A stretch of DNA of 63,782 bases, counting the filler, from Octopus bimaculoides (Eukaryota), in NCBI RefSeq assembly GCF_001194135.2. It is 7 parts of 5 records of this genome, joined end to end, with 100 filler letters (N's around TTAATTAATTAA, not from the genome) between each part and the next. Parts side by side here need not be neighbours in the genome. Positions count along the whole stretch, not along the records: positions 17,613 to 37,076 come from NC_069005.1; 6 more parts are not named here. One strand, given 5' to 3'. Positions within the stretch are counted from its first letter, which is position 1. Every line of letters begins with the position of its first letter. Shown here in pieces: positions 23,802-34,878 of the stretch. Made by a program: the position numbers and the translations under genes. Under the pieces are notes generated by a model, which had not been told where the DNA came from, did no database searches, and saw nothing but the letters and a program-made list of their open reading frames with translations.

Positions 23802-24660
23802 AGAGCTAGCGTCAAAAGAGAGATCAATGAGCATAAGCAGCATGGGAGAGATGAGCAAAGGAAAGTATACAGGAGTCTTAATAGTACGCATCCTTGGCAA
23901 AGCCTGACACCCACACGGAATAATTTCGACATAGCATAATTTATATACATACATACATACACACAACAACAACAACGGTGAGCCTCCACATGGTCTCTCG
24001 GCCTGCTAGAAATAGCTGCCAAATGACCCTCAAATTACACTCTGCCTTCGTAATAAAGGAAAACGACATATTACATAATGCAGTTCTAGATATTTATAAA
24101 AACAGAATAGCTAGATTGGTTACAACCGGAGTAGCTTTCATAAAAGGTATGCTTGAACAATGCTGAACACGTGGTTATATAACAAATCATACCACATACA
24201 TAACCAGCACCAGCACCATCGACATCAACACCACCACTCCCACCATCATTACGACCACCAGCATCACGACCTCCTCTTCTACCATCACCTTGGACAACGG
24301 CAGCAGCAGCAACAACAAGAATTTATTTTTGTCAATTTTGTGTTTCTCATTTCTTTGGCAGATCGTAGAGACGAATGCATTACCCTCAGCCGAAATCTGG
24401 ATTGTAGGTTTTACAAATGTTTGTGGGAGAAAATGCCTTGTCTTGATACAATAGTATCAATAGATCGTCATGCTTATTGCTACGCAGCTACAGAAAAGGT
24501 AAATAATTTTAATGGTGTTTTAATTGAAATTTCTAATTGAAAGAACGGGTGAAGTCGCAGACCGAATAAGGAAAAGTGTGACAAACAGAGACACAGAGAT
24601 AGAGAAACCGAGTTATTAAGAAGAAGAAGAGGAGCCACGATTTTATTTTTTAGTACAAGA

Positions 24661-24850
24661 AAGGCGGCAAGTTGGCAGAACCGTTAGCGCGCCGGCCGAA
24701 ATGCTTAGCGGCATTTCTTCTATCGCTACGTTCTGAGTTCAAATTCCACCGAGGTCGACTTCACCTTTCATCCTTTCAGAGTCGATAAATTAAGTACCAG
24801 TTCGATTACATCGACTAGGGTCTATGTAATCGATTCATCCCCGCCCCCAA
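24661..24850 (+). mobile_element. SINE family B
   Basis: AAGGCGGCAAGTTGGCAGAACCGTTAGCGCGCCGGCCGAAATGCTTAGCGG...GTTCTGAGTTCAAATTCC contains A/B-box-like motifs; multiple copies in the window. Confidence 0.9.
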
Positions 24851-25659
24851 AATTGAGATGTTGGAGAGGAGATGTCTGTCGGAGTGTACGTTCCAAAAGA
24901 GATGGAAGCATGTTGCACGAGTGTTATGCGTGCAAAGAACCGTGTGAATAGACGGGGAAAAAAAGGTACCAGCGATAGATCGGGGCTTGTGGGGTCGGAG
25001 CGTGGCCTGATCATCGCTCCATTTGTGTTGTCTAATGTACTGTTAATATCATTCGATTTTTTATATTTTATATAATTTTTAAAGTCATATTTTATGTAAA
25101 TCATATCGCATTACTGTTTCATAAGATTAATGAGTTTTATGATGATGAATAATACCTGTACTGGATTTATTGAAAGCAATTTTGATTTTGAGCAGGTGCA
25201 AATTCATTCAATATTATTTTTAAAACAATTAAGAAAATAACTCCTGGACTCATTGTGTAAACCATTTTCTTGGTAAACATTCAGTACACAATGTTTTTCG
25301 TAAGAGTCTTAATAGTTTTATTTTTCTTCACTTTGGACTGTCCCCTTTCCCTCTATAACACTTTATATATTTCCTTTCCTATTCTTTTACAAATTAGATC
25401 TTCCCATCTTTACTTTCTTACTGACTACCTGTCCCAAAAAGCATGAGAATTGAAATCTGCCTCAAGACGCGGGTGTTTCCCTTTGAAAGCATGACCACAT
25501 TCGAACAATCGATGTGGTTAATGGCACAATAAAATAGATTATACATTATATTTTTTAGAAAGTTAAAGAAGTGATTTTAAATTCTCAATCGCAGAATAAT
25601 GTTAATAATATAGCCTGAACAGGATAAACTATCCCTATTTTGCAGAGAAAAGTGTAGGT

Positions 25660-25733
25660 GACTAGCTGTGGACCCGAACTCACATCCCCGTCATTACATG
25701 TGACGATGCTTTGACCGATTAAGCTAAACTACC
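25660..25733 (-). tRNA. tRNA-Thr(TGT)-like sequence, probably a pseudogene or SINE head
   Basis: Minus strand GGTAGTTTAGCTTAATCGGTCAAAGCATCGTCACATGTAATGACGGGGATGTGAGTTCGGGTCCACAGCTAGTC: D arm AGCT..AAGC, anticodon stem CGTCA/TGACG with loop CA-TGT-AA, T loop TTCG. The acceptor stem has a mismatch and position 33 is A rather than U. Confidence 0.5.
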
Positions 25734-26097
25734 CACCACAAATTCCTCTGCAAATTAAGATATATAAATCTCGCTTTATGAGACGCTCTCATATGTTAAA
25801 TTCAAATTACGACAAACGTAAATAAACAAGCGAAGCTTGCTTTTANNNNNNNNNNNNNNNNNNNNNNNNNNNNNNNNNNNNNNNNNNNNNNNNNNNNNNN
25901 NNNNNNNNNNNNNNNNNNNNNNNNNNNNNNNNNNNNNNNNNNNNNNNNNNNNNNNNNNNNNATATATATATATATATATATAATGGTCTCTTCATATATA
26001 TTATTTAACAAATATAATATTTGATATTCATTCCTGAAAAACTGTCTCTCATAAATTTATATAATTTGTTTTCACTGACAACTGTTTCAATTTTCAG

Positions 26098-26324
26098 AGA
26101 GACCTCTGGATAGATGCTATTGTAGAATGTAATATATCACATTTGAGAACTCTGTACTTAATTTTACCACTGTCCTGCAAAACTGTTGATGACATTTTTA
26201 TGGGTATACAAGAGCAGTGTTACGCAGAAAATGGTATCTGCATTGTCGGTTGGTTTAACCGTAATTTACTGCGGGATTTATTCAAGAAATTCAGGACAAA
26301 GCCCATACCAGAACATTACATGAA
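26098..26324 (+). CDS. Candidate internal coding exon (227 nt) of an unidentified protein
   Basis: Acceptor TTTCAATTTTCAG, donor AA|GTAAGT, open throughout: RDLWIDAIVECNISHLRTLYLILPLSCKTVDDIFMGIQEQCYAENGICIVGWFNRNLLRDLFKKFRTKPIPEHYM. Not low-complexity and not recognisably TE-derived. Confidence 0.45.
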
Positions 26325-26642
26325 GTAAGTAAACAGTTGTAATAGTTCTTGCTCTTTGTTGTTGTTGCTGTTGCTGTTGTTACTGTTTTTGTTGCTCTTG
26401 TTGTTACTGGTGTCGAGAAACTCCAGCCCTGAGACTTTAACACACAGATGATGCAGAATAATCTAGACACTCTTCCTCCTCCCGTCTCTCACTTTGTTCT
26501 CCTACTCCCCTTTCCCTTCCTTCTCCTCCTCTCTCTCTCTCTTTATATTTCTCCTTTCGAGTTATTATCTCCTCAACGTAAGTTTAACACACGGAAAAAG
26601 ACGTCAGACACGCAGAATAATATTATATATATATATATATAT

Positions 26643-27125
26643 ATTATAATAAAGGGTAAAAATCATTAATCATTTTACCAGGGGGTCAGCGCGGAAATAA
26701 AAACTTTCTAAGTAAATTTTACAAATATTTTAATAATTATATACATAATTATAATAAGGGGTTGGTTATAAGCCTCTCGTCGCGCTAGAGAAATAGACGC
26801 TAAAAGACGCTATTACCACCTTAAAAACTCCGAAAAATAAAACACGGGCTGTAGTCGGGCAACAGAAAGATAATGAATTAAAATTTTGGTTAACCGTGTA
26901 CAATATCCTGTTTCAAGCTTAAAGTAAAAATAACATTTACTTGCTGCTCTCAAGTATAAATTGACAAGTATCTACAAATACGTATACGTGGAGAGTCTTA
27001 TAGCCAAACCCTTGCTATAATTATGTATATAATTATTAAAATATTTGTAAAATTTACCTACAAGGTTTTATTTCCGCGCTGATCCCCTGGTAAAATCATT
27101 AATGATTTTTACCCTTCATTATAAT
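26643..27125. mobile_element. MITE/foldback element with ~135-bp TIRs, inserted at a (TA)n tract
   Basis: 26643-26778 (AAGGGTAAAAATCATTAAT.ATTTTACCAGGGG.TCAGCGCGGAAATAAAA...) is the reverse complement of 26991-27125. Confidence 0.9.
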
Positions 27126-27899
27126 TAATATTTGACAAATTTACTCCTTGATCAAAACTGCATTCACTGCAGAGTATGTTTTGATATACTACACATGTTT
27201 GTAAAAGTGAGATGGGAATTCTGTTTCTACGAGTATGTACATATATTGCTGTGCGAAGTCGCTGCACATATTTTATATTATGTGGTGGAAGGGCAATTAA
27301 CTGAAAGGGAGGAAGTAAGATGCCGCAAGTGGACGAGATGACGTCACGTCGGCGAGCGACAGGGCACCTCTCTCCTTTTTTAACGGTGTCTGCAGAAGAG
27401 GCAGTGATCCAATCTAGCGCGAGAAAGGTAGAGTCAACATGTGATGACATCCGAATGATTCGGCCGCGGTTCATGATTGCAGAAGCTTGAGGTAAGAGCA
27501 ACTATATTTTCGTGACTTTAAACGACTCGGCATTGTTTAAATCCACCCAGTTTGTCTAAACGAAGGTGTACAACAGACACCGACGAGAACAAAAAGAAAT
27601 GAAAAGCCATCACTTTGGAAATGATGTATGAAATTGTAAGCATGCACGATGGCGGTGCAACTGTGAAAACTTTCATCTAACTCGTCAACTGTCTGCCCAA
27701 TTCTCAAAGAAAAGCAAAAGTATTTATCGCAATTGAGAAATGCGAAGCCTTTGCTACCAACCTGGGCTCGTAAAAGAGATACTGGAAGTATTATTCTGGA
27801 AATGGATAAACTTTTAAATGTATGGTTGACAAAACACAACGCATGTCTATGAATGTTAATGAAGCGTCGATTTGTAGCAAGGCATTGTACAGCAAAAGA

Positions 27900-28528
27900 A
27901 ATGAAAAATAGAGTGATCGTATCCCCTAAAAATTCAGACTGCTTAACAGTAATTGAAGAAATTCCAAGTAGATTGCCCACTGAAGCTAAAACATATCTAA
28001 GCATCGACTCAGTAAGATCTTATAATGTATAGGAAGCCCAGAATTATCCCATGGAGTATATAAACTCTTTTACACCTTCTGTAATGCCTCACCCTCACCT
28101 TAACTTAAAAGTTGGAGCAATTATTATGCTTCTTAGAAACCTCTCTATAACAAGGTTTATGCAACTGAACTCGCTTGGAAGTACTTCATCTCCACGAGCA
28201 TAGCATCGAAGCGTCAATTATAAGTGGATCTTATTCTCACATGAAAGTACTGATTCCAAGAATCAAAACTACTCCAAGCGATGCAGACATTCCATTCGTT
28301 CTGCATCGGACCCAGTTTCCGGTTCGTCTGTCCTATTCTATGACAATCAATAAAGCACGGGAGCAAACATTCGATAGAGCTCGCATACTTTTGCTTTACG
28401 TAGTTTTTTCAAGAGCAAGGGCGATGAACAGTGTGAGAGTTAAAGTGACACCTCAAAGCGAATTTACTCATGATAGCTGAAGGGGAATCACCTACACTAG
28501 AAACATTGTATATAGGGATGTGCTGTAA
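27900..28528 (+). pseudogene. Helitron RepHel Pif1-family helicase C-terminal remnant
   Basis: RVIVSPKNSDC...LP.E.KTYLSIDSV; YPMEYINSFTPSVMPHPHLNLKVGAIIMLLRNL; KVLIPRIKTTPSDADIPFVLHRTQFPVRLSYSMTINKA; TRNIVYRDVL* are hallmark Helitron motifs. A possible 3' terminus CACGGGCCCAGCTAA lies at 29065-29079. Confidence 0.93.
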
Positions 28529-28574
28529 CGGGTGTATTTAACATATACTTTCACACAATAAACTAACATTATTC

Positions 28575-28936
28575 GCACTCCATCACTTACGACGTCGAGG
28601 GTTCCAGCTGATCCAATCAACGGAACAGCCTGCTCGTGAAATTAACGTGCAAGTGGCTGAGCACTCCACAGACACGTGAACCCTTAACGTAGTTCACGGG
28701 GATATTCAGCGTGACAAGGCTGACCCTTTGAATTACAGGCACAACAGAAACAGGAAGTAAGAGAAAGTTGTGGTGAAAGAGTACAGCAGGGTTCACCTGC
28801 CATCCCCTGCCGGAGCCTCGTGGAGCCTTAGGTGTTTTCGCTCAATAAACACTCACAACGCCCGGTCTGGGAATCGAAACAGCGATCCTATGACCGCGAG
28901 TCCGCTGCCCTAACCACTGGGTCATTGCGCCTCCAC
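28575..28936 (-). mobile_element. SINE family C (tRNA-derived) inserted in the Helitron 3' region
   Basis: Minus-strand head GGAGGCGCAATGACCCAGTGGTTAGGGCAGCGGACTCGCGGTCATAGGATCGCTGTTTCGATTCCCAGACC has an A box (TGACCCAGTGG) and a B box (GTTTCGATTCC). Confidence 0.9.
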
Positions 28937-29412
28937 TATATTATTAACAAATATAACATAAAAGATAATAGAATTTTTCATTAACCAAAATAGTGCTAAT
29001 TAAACAATGTTGATTAAATGATAACTATTCATTGGACGATATTTAAATTATCAGTGAATATTTTCACGGGCCCAGCTAATTCTTTTTACTTTACATAAAA
29101 TATTCTTAACATTCTATTGTTGCATCATTGCCATTTACTTATGAGTATTATAAATTTTATAGGTAAAATATTTTTCTGGGAACTAATTACGATTTATAGC
29201 ATTACTATTATGGGAAATCATTGCTTGCTTTACAAGTTTTCGCTTTACGAACGGTCTCCGGGAAAGAATTAAATTGTATATCGAGGCATTACTGTATTCA
29301 TTATTCATGACCTTGAGAGGTGATGCTCGTAGCTAGCTAGGTTAATACCAAGCTCGGGTTAGCTTGGCCAATACCGAGTTCGGGATATGACAGACAAAAA
29401 CGAAGGTATTTA

Positions 29413-29624
29413 TTTAGCGTGCAATTTACCGCATTATCCGTAGTCTACGCTGTGAAGTAACTCGATCTGGGTTAAGATTAGCGTTAGGGTTTAGGGTTAG
29501 AGCTTGAGTCTACAGGTTAGAGTTAGCGGTTAGGGTTTAGGGTTAGGGTTTAAGTTTAGAGTTAGGATTAGGTTCTAATGTGAGGGTTAGACTGCATGCT
29601 AAAGTATAAATGGCCTGATAGGCC
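29413..29624 (+). mobile_element. Helentron/HINE-like non-autonomous element containing degenerate (TTAGGG)n
   Basis: Short inverted repeats TTTAGCGTGCA (29413-29423) / TGCATGCTAAA (29593-29603) bracket telomere-like repeats (~29465-29590), followed by the hairpin GGCCT-GAT-AGGCC (29612-29624). Confidence 0.5.
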
Positions 29625-29676
29625 GCACGTTAAAGTAACAACAAAAATCATCGTGTGTTTATTTGTATAAGAAACT

Positions 29677-30060
29677 TACAATTTACTTTTTATTGAAGGA
29701 CATGGAATAATATTGGCCGTATAGTTTCGAAATGTAAAATAGGAGACCCTGTGAAATTTATGAACTGGATCGAAGCTGAAGCTAAATTGGTGGAATAACA
29801 TATATGGAGATATGAATCAATTCTCTGGAATAAAATGAAGTCCAAAATTGGTTGTCTCTCAACTTTGATTTGATTATTAAGACGTGCTACCATCATCGAT
29901 AATGTTAAAAACGATTCCGAGTTCAAATGTCACCGAGGTAAATATTGTCTTTCATCCTTTCGGGCGTCGATAAATTAAGTATCATTTGAGCACTGGGGTC
30001 GATGTAATCAGTTTTCCCTCTTCTAAATTCCGGCCGGCCTTGCAATAAGTTTCGAAAGAG

Positions 30061-30143
<83 letters not shown>

Positions 30144-30294
30144 TTCTTTATTGGCCACAAGGGTCGAACATAAAACAAATAGGGACAATACAATTTACTT
30201 TTTATTGAAGGTCATGGAATAATATTGGCCATATAGTTTTGAAATGTAAAATAGGAGACCCTGTGAAATTTATGAACTGGATCGAAGCTGAAGC
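29677..30294 (+). repeat. 106-bp direct repeat pair (29677-29782 and 30189-30294)
   Basis: Direct comparison shows three substitutions; the copies flank a partial SINE B (~29915-30050) and a (CTA)n(TAA)n tract (30060-30142). Confidence 0.95.
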
Positions 30295-30419
30295 GAATTT
30301 GGTTACCCTGCTCGTCACCTCCCCATGTTCATGTCCACCTGGAGATCCGGACCAAACCAGACTCCGAACAATTTAACCGTTCCTTTCGTCCAGTACCCTA
30401 CAACGCTGTTGGTCGGCCT

Positions 30420-31110
30420 CTTCGGGTGCCGACCTCAAGCCCACCGACTTGTCCTGATCAATTTTTGCTTCTGTCATCGCTTCGTACTCTGAGGGTAGTG
30501 CCGATCACTTCGATTTCCGAGCTGTCCGACAGCATTACGGTGACATCGTCTGCATAAGCCGACACGAACCTTCCGCATCCTAGATCACGCTGGATGCCCC
30601 TAGAAATATCGAACTTCCTCAATAATGGCTGGAGGCCAGCACGGACAGACGGAGAGGGAGTGGACATCCTTGACAGGCCGAGCGAGCGATGCTAAGCGAT
30701 TCCGAAAGATGGCCGTTTACTTTGACCATCGATCAGATGTCGCTATACATTGCAGCGATCCAGCCTCTGAAAATGGGACCGCAGCCGGCCGCTGCGAGGA
30801 CAGCCTCCGAGTATTGAGGGTCGATCCAGTCAAAAGCTGTTGATTGATCCAATTTGATCAGAGCCCCACCCATGCCAGGTTACTTCCCTACCCTCTGTAT
30901 GATGTAGCGCGTGAGATGGAAGTTGTGGATAGATTTGTGTTCGGAATAGCGCATATTTGCGCGTTACCTACCAGCTTACCGACGACAAGCGCTAACCTCT
31001 TGGCATACACCTTAGCCAAAATCTTATAATCTGCATTTAGCAGAGTTATAGGCCTAAAATTATCTAACTGATCGCCTTTGTTCGGGTCCTTTCTCATCAG
31101 CACCACCACG
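30420..31110 (-). pseudogene. L1/Tx1-clade LINE reverse transcriptase remnant
   Basis: NFRPITLLNADYKILAKV..KRL; ALIKLDQSTAFDWID; VKVNGHLS..L.I.RS.CQGCPL; SAYADDVTV. Contains stops and frameshifts. Confidence 0.92.
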
Positions 31111-31249
31111 CCACCAAATTTGAACTGTGGACAACCTTATATTACTTCTGTCTACTGGCCTACAAAATATCCTATCTAAGTATGATCTGGAAGACCCGCT
31201 GTTTTTCGTTCATGTCCACATTGGCGCATTCAGGAAATCCAGTCGCTAA

Positions 31250-31389
31250 CTGGGACTTATTTAATCAACCCTGAAAGGATGAAAGGCAAAGTCGATCTCG
31301 GTGGAATTTGAACTCAGAACGTAGCGGCAGACGAAATACCGCTAAGCATTTCGCCCGGCGTGCTAATGTTTCTGCCAGCTCGCCGCCTT
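31250..31389 (-). mobile_element. SINE family B
   Basis: Reverse complement of the 24661-24800 sequence, ending GCCAGCTCGCCGCCTT. Confidence 0.9.
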
Positions 31390-32320
31390 AATACGTTTAT
31401 ATACATTTTTGACCACCTTGCTTGCATGCAAAGAATGTTTCCCTTTTTTTTTTATAATCATTGACCTATTCATTTTTGACCTCCTACCAACTTGCCCAAA
31501 TCAGTCAAGCTGCCAAAGGTCTTAATCCGATTTTTTATACAATTTCTGAAAAAAGAAAATCTTGTAATCTTTATTTATTGTAATAAACGTAAATTGGATT
31601 AATAGATTTATTTATTTATTTATTATTGTCTGCTTTTCTGTAAGAGGGCCACGTCTTCTAAACTTCATTTTAGAACGTCTTCCCCTTGGCATATAGATGC
31701 AATTTCTGTTCACATTTAAAACTGATAGTTTTTTTCCTTCATTTCTTTTTACACAAGAGATTTCTGGGTGTAATAGATAATAAAATGAATAAATACTACT
31801 CCCTCCGGGGCAGAAACAACGACCGGAACCTTGCCAAAATGTTTCTGATGTTCTTATTGTCAGTTTATAACAAAACTTAATAACGTAAAGAGGGCGTAAA
31901 ACACACAGTTTAAAGCATAACTAAAGCGTGTTCGAAAGAACGTCTTACGTATTCAGCAGCAAATAATAATAATATTAATAATAATAATAATAGTAGTAGT
32001 AGTAATGACATGAACAGAGGTGCCTTTAGCACTTTTCTTGATAATGACAGACTTTTCTTCATCGCTAAGGCCTTTTCCACGTCCCGTTGTTCTTAGAGAG
32101 AAGAAGCGCTATTAGCGTGGTTTACCCAGAAACTGAAGAATCTGAAATTAAAATAGAAATGATGATACACAGAATAATGAAAACATAACAATAGTATTGT
32201 CATAGTGTGTAAACCAGCTGGGAAAAGTTTTATCACAATCGATTCGTAGAAAACTGAGAAATCCTAAACTTCACTCCTTAGATATCAGCGTGGTTCTGGG
32301 GGTATATATACATATCCTGA

Positions 32321-32656
32321 GACCCCCTTCGGTCATGAATGACCATGGGATTGCACCTAGAAAGTTACCCTTCCAGGCACAAGTTCGAGCAAGGTTGTTT
32401 ATAGAAAACCAGCAGTCGCCCATGCATACTGGCCTCCCCTCTCCACGCCACCAGTATTACCCAAGGGAAAGGCAAAGGGGCCGATACAGCTTGGCACCTG
32501 TGACAGCGTGGCAACTGTGGCACTAGTGACTCATTTCTACAGCTGAGTGAACTGGAGCAACGTGAAATAAAGTGTCTTGCTCAAGAACACAACACGCAGC
32601 CCGGTCCGGGATTCGAACTCACAACCTCACGATCGTAAGCTCGACGCTCTAACCAC
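32321..32656 (-). mobile_element. SINE family D (tRNA head plus CORE-like TTGAGCAAGACACTTT domain)
   Basis: Minus-strand GTGGTTAGAGCGTCGAGCTTACGATCGTGAGGTTGTGAGTTCGAATCCCC; colinear with the plus-strand copy at 60241-60575. Confidence 0.9.
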
Positions 32657-32714
32657 ATACATATAAATATACATATACATACATACATAGATACATACAT
32701 ATATATATATATAT

Positions 32715-32940
32715 AGACCCATAAGGACGGTTTTCCAGTTTCGAAGGCGTATATATCCGTCCACCTGGACGGGACGACAGACCGTCGTAGGATTACTATT
32801 TTTTGCCAGCTGAGTGAACTGAAGCAACGTGAAAGGAAGTGTTTTATTCAAGAACACAACGTGTCTCCCGGTCCAGGAATCGAAACCAGAATCTTACGAT
32901 CACGAGTCGAACAACCTAACGACTATGTCACGCGCCTTCA
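32715..32940 (-). mobile_element. SINE related to family D (shared head and central domain, different tail)
   Basis: CAGCTGAGTGAACTG.AGCAACGTGAAA...TCAAGAACACAAC...CCGGTCC.GG.ATCGAA is shared with 32540-32620. Confidence 0.8.
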
Positions 32941-32972
32941 CATGTATGTATGTATTTATGTACACACATACG

Positions 32973-33014
<42 letters not shown>

Positions 33015-33524
33015 TTCTAAAGAGATCTATAAGTCATCATAATGTCATAAAACAAAGGCTTTATGTCAAAGAATGATATATTTCATGCTGTTTCTTTTAA
33101 ATTAGTAATCAGAAATATTGTTATTACTTGAGAGTATTTATGTATATACTCATATTTATTGTGATAATCTTTTAGTAACCATGCATCCATCTACCATGCC
33201 GCGTCTAACACAGTTGTTGCTTAATCTCTGATGCTATTGGGTTGGCTACAACCTTGTGAGGGCAATTTAGCAGAGGGAGACTTCGATGAAACCCTATTAC
33301 TATACACTAACACGTACACACACGCACATACTCACACACACACATGCACACTCGTACGCACACGCTCACACACTTACTCACACATACACGTACAAACATT
33401 GGTCTACAGACACACACACATGCACACACGTGCACGCACACACATACGTACACGCTCACATGCTCACACACCCACGCACACATACATAACTCTACACACA
33501 CACACACACACACACGCATATAAA

Positions 33525-33830
33525 TACGTAGTCTGATCAATAAGTATCTGGAGGGTTGCCATAGTAACGAAGCTAAAGAACGCAGAGTGAAACCGCTGGG
33601 CACAGATTGATTTTGAACTCGCCTTTGCGTGCGTACTAAGGTTCAACGTTCCAGCTCACTTCTTCTGTTTACAGCAGTACTTGGAAGGAAGGTGTGTAGC
33701 ATGTGATCATCGCATTGACTATGGCAGTGAAGGCTGAGAAGAGAATCTGCATTAAAGTTTGCCAGAACTTTGGCAATACCTGCTCAGAGGCCTGAGCAAA
33801 GTTTTCAAACAGTTTTCATCGTTCTCAGCA
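33525..33830 (+). mobile_element. Mariner element 5' end (TA + TIR + 5' UTR + start of the transposase)
   Basis: Begins TACGTAGTCTGATCAATAAG; the internal segment matches the minus-strand mariner at 34160-34256; EKRICIKVC..FG.TCSEA resembles the mariner HTH start. Confidence 0.7.
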
Positions 33831-33844
33831 CAATCAAGGAAATG

Positions 33845-34256
33845 TTATGCTACTGAAACCCGAACGTCTTTGTGGTCAACTGAAAGTAGTTTTGGCACAA
33901 ATTTGGCATAAACGCGTCTCATACACAAATCTCCAGTGATAATGGACTGAACTGAACCGAAACTAATCTGCACATCCTCTGATAACTCACGGACGGTGAT
34001 TCGACGATTACCCCTCACCTGGACGCACATCTGAAATGTTTTTCTCAGTTCTGCTAGTTGCGGGTCTCCCAGAACGTTCGTCAATATCGACATTTTTCGG
34101 CCATCTTGGAAGCGTCCGAACCTTGGAAACTTGTGTGCGGCTCATACACTCCTCTCCATACACTTTCTGCGACTTTGCGTAGGCCTCTGAGCACGTATCA
34201 CCAAGACAAATTTCTCTGTCATGGTCAATGCGACGATCACACGCTACACACCTTCC
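33845..34256 (-). pseudogene. Mariner transposase N-terminal remnant
   Basis: LGDTCSEAYAK.QKVYGEECMSRTQV...DERSGRP.TSRT...NRRITVRELSEDVQISFGSVQSIITGDLCMRRVYAKFVPKLLSVDHK (WVP/FVP-xxL linker motif). Confidence 0.92.
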
Positions 34257-34689
34257 TAGATTTCAATGACATAAGCAAATAAAAGATGTTACTATACGCA
34301 CATTACTTTTGAATAATATATAGAGTAGAAAACTTGCTTGTTATACTGCGATAGGGAAACTTTGATAGAATTTATTTGTTTCTATTTGATATTAAAACGG
34401 CAATACAGACACAGTCAAAATATTTGCAACATAAAATTCTACCAACTGTGACTCTCGGCAGAGTGAAGCGTCACCTTTCAGTTAGCAAACTAACATCACA
34501 ATGCTGCAGTATGCATTTATATAGTTTGTATATTTATATTGTTTGTATATTTATATAGTTTGTATATTACAGTCATTTGATAAATTCCAATGTATAGATA
34601 CCAATAAATAAATAATAAATAACATTGTAGACGATATAACAGAAGTAATGGAACCCAGAACATAATGAGCCCAAATTTTGGCACAATGT

Positions 34690-34878
34690 CAGGAATTTCG
34701 GGCGAAGGGTAAGCCCATAACATCACTTCCAGTGCCCAACTGTTACTTATTTTATGAACCTCGAAAGTAGGAAAGGCGAAGCTGACCTCCGCGGAATTTG
34801 AACTCAGAACGTGAAGACAAACGAAATGCTGATAATCATTCCGTCGGCGAACTAATGATCCTGCCAACTCACCACCTT
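34690..34878 (-). mobile_element. SINE family B, diverged
   Basis: GGAATTTGAACTCAGAACGT...CTGCCAACTCACCACCTT matches the family B reverse complement. Confidence 0.8.

Noticed and set aside
24160-24540. His/Gln-rich ORF resembling a transcription-factor low-complexity region
   Set aside because: It is a degenerate (CAC/CAT/CAG)n repeat with no domain and no convincing splice sites.
28575-28936. SINE heads (families A-D) as functional tRNA genes
   Set aside because: A/B boxes are present, but the cloverleafs are incomplete and continue into multi-copy SINE bodies.
29465-29590. True telomere or chromosome-fusion scar
   Set aside because: Short, highly degenerate, in a single orientation and bracketed by element-like IRs; better explained as part of a mobile element.
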